DNA from: a virus
Taxonomy: Duplodnaviria > Caudoviricetes
IMG/VR virus record: IMGVR_UViG_3300024999_000128
Coordinates: 1-56,130 of that record
Strand: one strand, 5' to 3'
Length of the DNA stretch: 56,130 nucleotides
The notes under the pieces are model-generated. The model was given only the letters and a program-made list of their open reading frames with translations, did not search any database and was not told where the DNA came from. Shown here one piece after another: positions 53,289 through 56,130 of the stretch. Numbering within the stretch: the stretch's first letter is position 1; the number at the start of each line of letters is the position of its first letter. The translations under genes were made by a program, and so were the position numbers.

Positions 53289-53770
53289 TGGCTCCGACGT
53301 TTCAGGAATACCGGGGCGAGGGCAAGTTCATCAAGCGAGAAATCTCCACCGTCGACATTGGCAACCCGGACCTTCCAGTATCGGGCCTTGCCGTAGAGGT
53401 ACTTCTGCAAAGTCTGGGTAACCTCCTGCTGGACCTGTCCGGTCTTGACCGGGACGATGGTGAATGTCCGTGCCGTCGACTCGTTCTCATCACCGTAGAG
53501 GGTAAGCGAGAGGTCGTCAGCAGTCTCGAAGGCTATCCGGAACGCCTCGATGCTGGTCTGGCCGCCGCGGCCGAAGTCGTGCAGCGGGGTGTCGACCCAG
53601 GCGGAGATCGCTGCGGCGCCGTCAAGGCTGCCGGTTTCCTCATAGATGCCGGCCGTTCCGAACCAGACCAACTCACCGTTGAAGAACACCGCCGAGTCGA
53701 ACGGCATGTTGATATACTGGCTGGGAAACTTGCCGGCCAACTCGAGAACCAAGGTCAATGCGTCGCTCAT
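53285..53770 (-). CDS. Probable tail/virion protein
   Basis: 161 aa; KARYWKVRVANVDGGDF; coupled to its neighbours. Confidence 0.6.
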   Translation of the reverse strand: MSDALTLVLELAGKFPSQYINMPFDSAVFFNGELVWFGTAGIYEETGSLDGAAAISAWVDTPLHDFGRGGQTSIEAFRIAFETADDLSLTLYGDENESTARTFTIVPVKTGQVQQEVTQTLQKYLYGKARYWKVRVANVDGGDFSLDELALAPVFLKRRSQ

Positions 53771-55326
53771 ACCGGCCTCCTGTATCTAAGCACTGTGCCG
53801 TCAAGCTGAAGGGCTGTAGTCGTATCGAACCTGCCCGACTGCGCGGCAGAGAAAAGGGCCTTCAAGGCCGGCAGGACGACGACCATCTGACCGGTGATCT
53901 CCTCATAGGAAGTCAGCAGAACCTGCAGCTCCGGCAGGGTTACGTGCAGGGAAGCCGCCTCACCGGCAGACCCGGAGAAGAGAACGGAAAGCGGGGGGAG
54001 CTCTACGATCAGTTGTCCCAGAGTCTGCTGGTGAGACGAAAATGCAGGCAGCAGGTCGGGGAGATGCACGACCAGTTGTGCCAGGTTCTCAACATCCGCG
54101 GTGAACAACGCGGCGAACGCCGGGAGAGTGACATTGAGAGACGCAACCGAACCGGTTGTCGAGGTGAATAGCGGGGTAAGCTCAGGCAGATCGAGAGCGA
54201 ACTTCGCCCCGGCCCCGGCGGAGAAGACCAAGGTCGGCAGGTCGACGTCGAGAGCGCAGGTCGCCCCCATGACTGCTGAGAACTGCACCTCCGGGAAAGG
54301 CAGGTCGACGGTCAGTGCAGTGCCGGCGGCGAAGGCCGGGACCAGGGTCGGCAGGTCTACGTCCAGCCAGGATGGTGAGCTGGTGGCTCCAGCGAAGACC
54401 AGGGTCGGCAGGCTGACGTTCAACGTCGCGTAGTTGCCGAGAGCCTGGAACAGTGGGACGAGGGTCGGAAGATTGACTGCAAGACTACCTCGCTGGACCA
54501 TTTGCACAGCAGGGGTCTGCCCGGAAAGCCTCATCTGCACCGTTGCTGGACGGACAGAAGTGTCAACTACAGGCGTAGGCGTACCGCCCGTAATAGCAAT
54601 CTCTCCGCTTAATGGACTGACCGGGACTGCTGTTCCGGGGGTTGGTTCTCCACCAGTAAGGGTCAGACTCCCTGAGCTAGGTTCAGGAGGAGCCGCAGCC
54701 TCGGCAGGGCGCAGGGCAAGTGTTGCAGCGCACCAGGCAAACCATGTTTGTGTGGTCCAATCTGTCCAAGCGGGAGGATCTTCTGCACCTGACCCGCTCC
54801 ACGCCTTGCTTGCTATCGAAGTCGTGCTACTATAAGTTGATGAACTAACTGCGGTGACATGGTTTGCATAGCCAGCCGGTCCAGTTACTGCTGCGTCAGC
54901 CACTGACCCCGTTCCGCAGGCTATCACCACAGCCCCTTCGGTTATAGGCGTTATACTTGGTGCGTTTGGAATACCGCTGTCTATGCCGGTAGCGGTCGTA
55001 GTCGTTACGTCCATCGCCGTAACATCCACCCCGCGCCAAACATGCACCACCGCCGACTTACCATAACTACCGGCAATGGTGACGGTGGTATCTGGAGTCG
55101 CCCCCATCCGCTTCCAGCCAACCCGCAGTGTGACCTTTTCAACGTCAGAGCCGATTAACCCCGCCTCGCTGGTATAGTCGGCAGTGCTTATGCTCGCTAT
55201 ATTGAGATTGCCCATGCCCACGGCAACAACAACGACGTCACCCTCAAGGCAAGTCGGCAGGGTTAGAGTTAGATCGGCATTGGTTGTGCCGCTCCCATAA
55301 GCACTATCGACAAAGGATATTGCCAC
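53767..55326 (-). CDS. Tail fiber-like protein with C-terminal LxVxLP repeats
   Basis: Thr/Ala-rich beta N-domain; about 11 repeats of 17-21 aa. Confidence 0.6.
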   Translation of the reverse strand: MAISFVDSAYGSGTTNADLTLTLPTCLEGDVVVVAVGMGNLNIASISTADYTSEAGLIGSDVEKVTLRVGWKRMGATPDTTVTIAGSYGKSAVVHVWRGVDVTAMDVTTTTATGIDSGIPNAPSITPITEGAVVIACGTGSVADAAVTGPAGYANHVTAVSSSTYSSTTSIASKAWSGSGAEDPPAWTDWTTQTWFAWCAATLALRPAEAAAPPEPSSGSLTLTGGEPTPGTAVPVSPLSGEIAITGGTPTPVVDTSVRPATVQMRLSGQTPAVQMVQRGSLAVNLPTLVPLFQALGNYATLNVSLPTLVFAGATSSPSWLDVDLPTLVPAFAAGTALTVDLPFPEVQFSAVMGATCALDVDLPTLVFSAGAGAKFALDLPELTPLFTSTTGSVASLNVTLPAFAALFTADVENLAQLVVHLPDLLPAFSSHQQTLGQLIVELPPLSVLFSGSAGEAASLHVTLPELQVLLTSYEEITGQMVVVLPALKALFSAAQSGRFDTTTALQLDGTVLRYRRPV

Positions 55327-55337
55327 AGTTTAACCCT

Positions 55338-55778
55338 TTACGCCAGTTGGAATATTCCAGTCGCGGGGAGTGTGATCAAAAAAGTCTGCCCACTGGTTAC
55401 ACTGTGATTCGCGGGGGTGGTATCAAGAAGGCTGTAGCAAATCAGAGTTTTGTTAGCATCGGTGTTGTCGTAGAAGCCACAATACCGAGCGGCGATGCCG
55501 GAAGCCCCAGCGGTCCATGCGGGGTCATCACAGTCCCATGTCACCGTCCCGGCTGCATTGACAAATGACAGCGTAGTGACCGCAAGCCCACCGGCTGTGT
55601 AGCCATCGCCGGTGATCTCGTTTGCACTGATGTCGGCCCAGTTTGCCTGCGTTGCAAGGTTTGGTGTCCATGTCGAAGCGAGCAGAGCACACCGAATATC
55701 GTCAGTGTCGAGATCAATGAGCTTCTGCCCCAACCTCGCCTTGAATGTATGAAATACTGCAAATGCGCTTGCGGCCAT
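55338..55778 (-). CDS. Probable tail structural protein
   Basis: DLDTDDIRCAL...ANEI.G.GYTAGG...GIFQL pattern. Confidence 0.65.
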   Translation of the reverse strand: MAASAFAVFHTFKARLGQKLIDLDTDDIRCALLASTWTPNLATQANWADISANEITGDGYTAGGLAVTTLSFVNAAGTVTWDCDDPAWTAGASGIAARYCGFYDNTDANKTLICYSLLDTTPANHSVTSGQTFLITLPATGIFQLA

Positions 55779-55789
55779 GGTCTATCTCC

Positions 55790-56130
55790 TTACGCTGCCT
55801 GAGCAGGTTGCGTCAAAGTTCCCGTGTCGATGGTCGTAGTTGCCCCGACTGCGACAGTCAGGCTGGACATCCGCAGCTCGCCGGTACCGACCCCGCAGAT
55901 ACCGTCAAAGCGAACAGCAGTGTCTGACGCGCCGGTGACGTAGGCGTTCGAGTAGTAGCGGAACCAGCCAGCTGTGCCGGCGGCAAGCCCGACGCCACTC
56001 CAGACTTCGCCTGATTCTTTCGAGGTAATTCCGGCCGCGGCGTCGCCGAGGTTGAGGCCGTTGGCAGCAGCACCCGCCACGAACGCCCCGGAAGCGACAG
56101 TAACCCGCAGTAGCTTGGTGCCGGGGCGTT
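55790..56130 (-). CDS. Probable virion structural protein; start lies beyond the window (5'-partial)
   Basis: Frame open to the edge (TPGTKLLRVTV...WSGVGLAAGTAGWFR...RFDG). Confidence 0.65.
   Translation of the reverse strand, partial: RPGTKLLRVTVASGAFVAGAAANGLNLGDAAAGITSKESGEVWSGVGLAAGTAGWFRYYSNAYVTGASDTAVRFDGICGVGTGELRMSSLTVAVGATTTIDTGTLTQPAQAA

Noticed and set aside
1-56130. Diversity-generating retroelement, integrase or stop-codon recoding
   Set aside because: No reverse transcriptase or recombinase motifs found; large genes are intact under the standard code with all three stops used.

Overview
The window is most of the genome of a tailed dsDNA phage, probably podovirus-like with a Gram-negative host (inferred from the GH108 endolysin). 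It has two divergent arms. Minus arm, 14.4 kb to 1: candidate small terminase, tail/spike genes including a polysaccharide-deacetylase-like protein, a cluster of signal-peptide proteins, papain-like protease, GH108 lysozyme, TraR/DksA, TerL, HNH-AP2 homing endonuclease, portal and a scaffold-like gene running off the left edge. The minus strand also carries the virion genes from 56.1 to 40.4 kb, including a 2789-aa ejection-type protein with three ADP-ribosyltransferase-like modules and a zincin motif. Plus arm, 15 to 40.4 kb: many small early ORFs, a candidate iteron/AT-rich origin, an intein-containing family A DNA polymerase, PD-(D/E)XK nuclease, nucleotidyltransferase plus DHH phosphoesterase, VRR-NUC, SNF2-like helicase, SSB-like protein, primase-helicase, ThyX and an RyR-domain protein. 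No major capsid gene or integrase is visible, so they may lie outside the window. The most unusual element is a promoter-driven, CCA-ended tRNA-Leu-like RNA (31080-31188) whose anticodon loop is replaced by an extended hairpin. All calls come from reading motifs by eye; no database searches were run.
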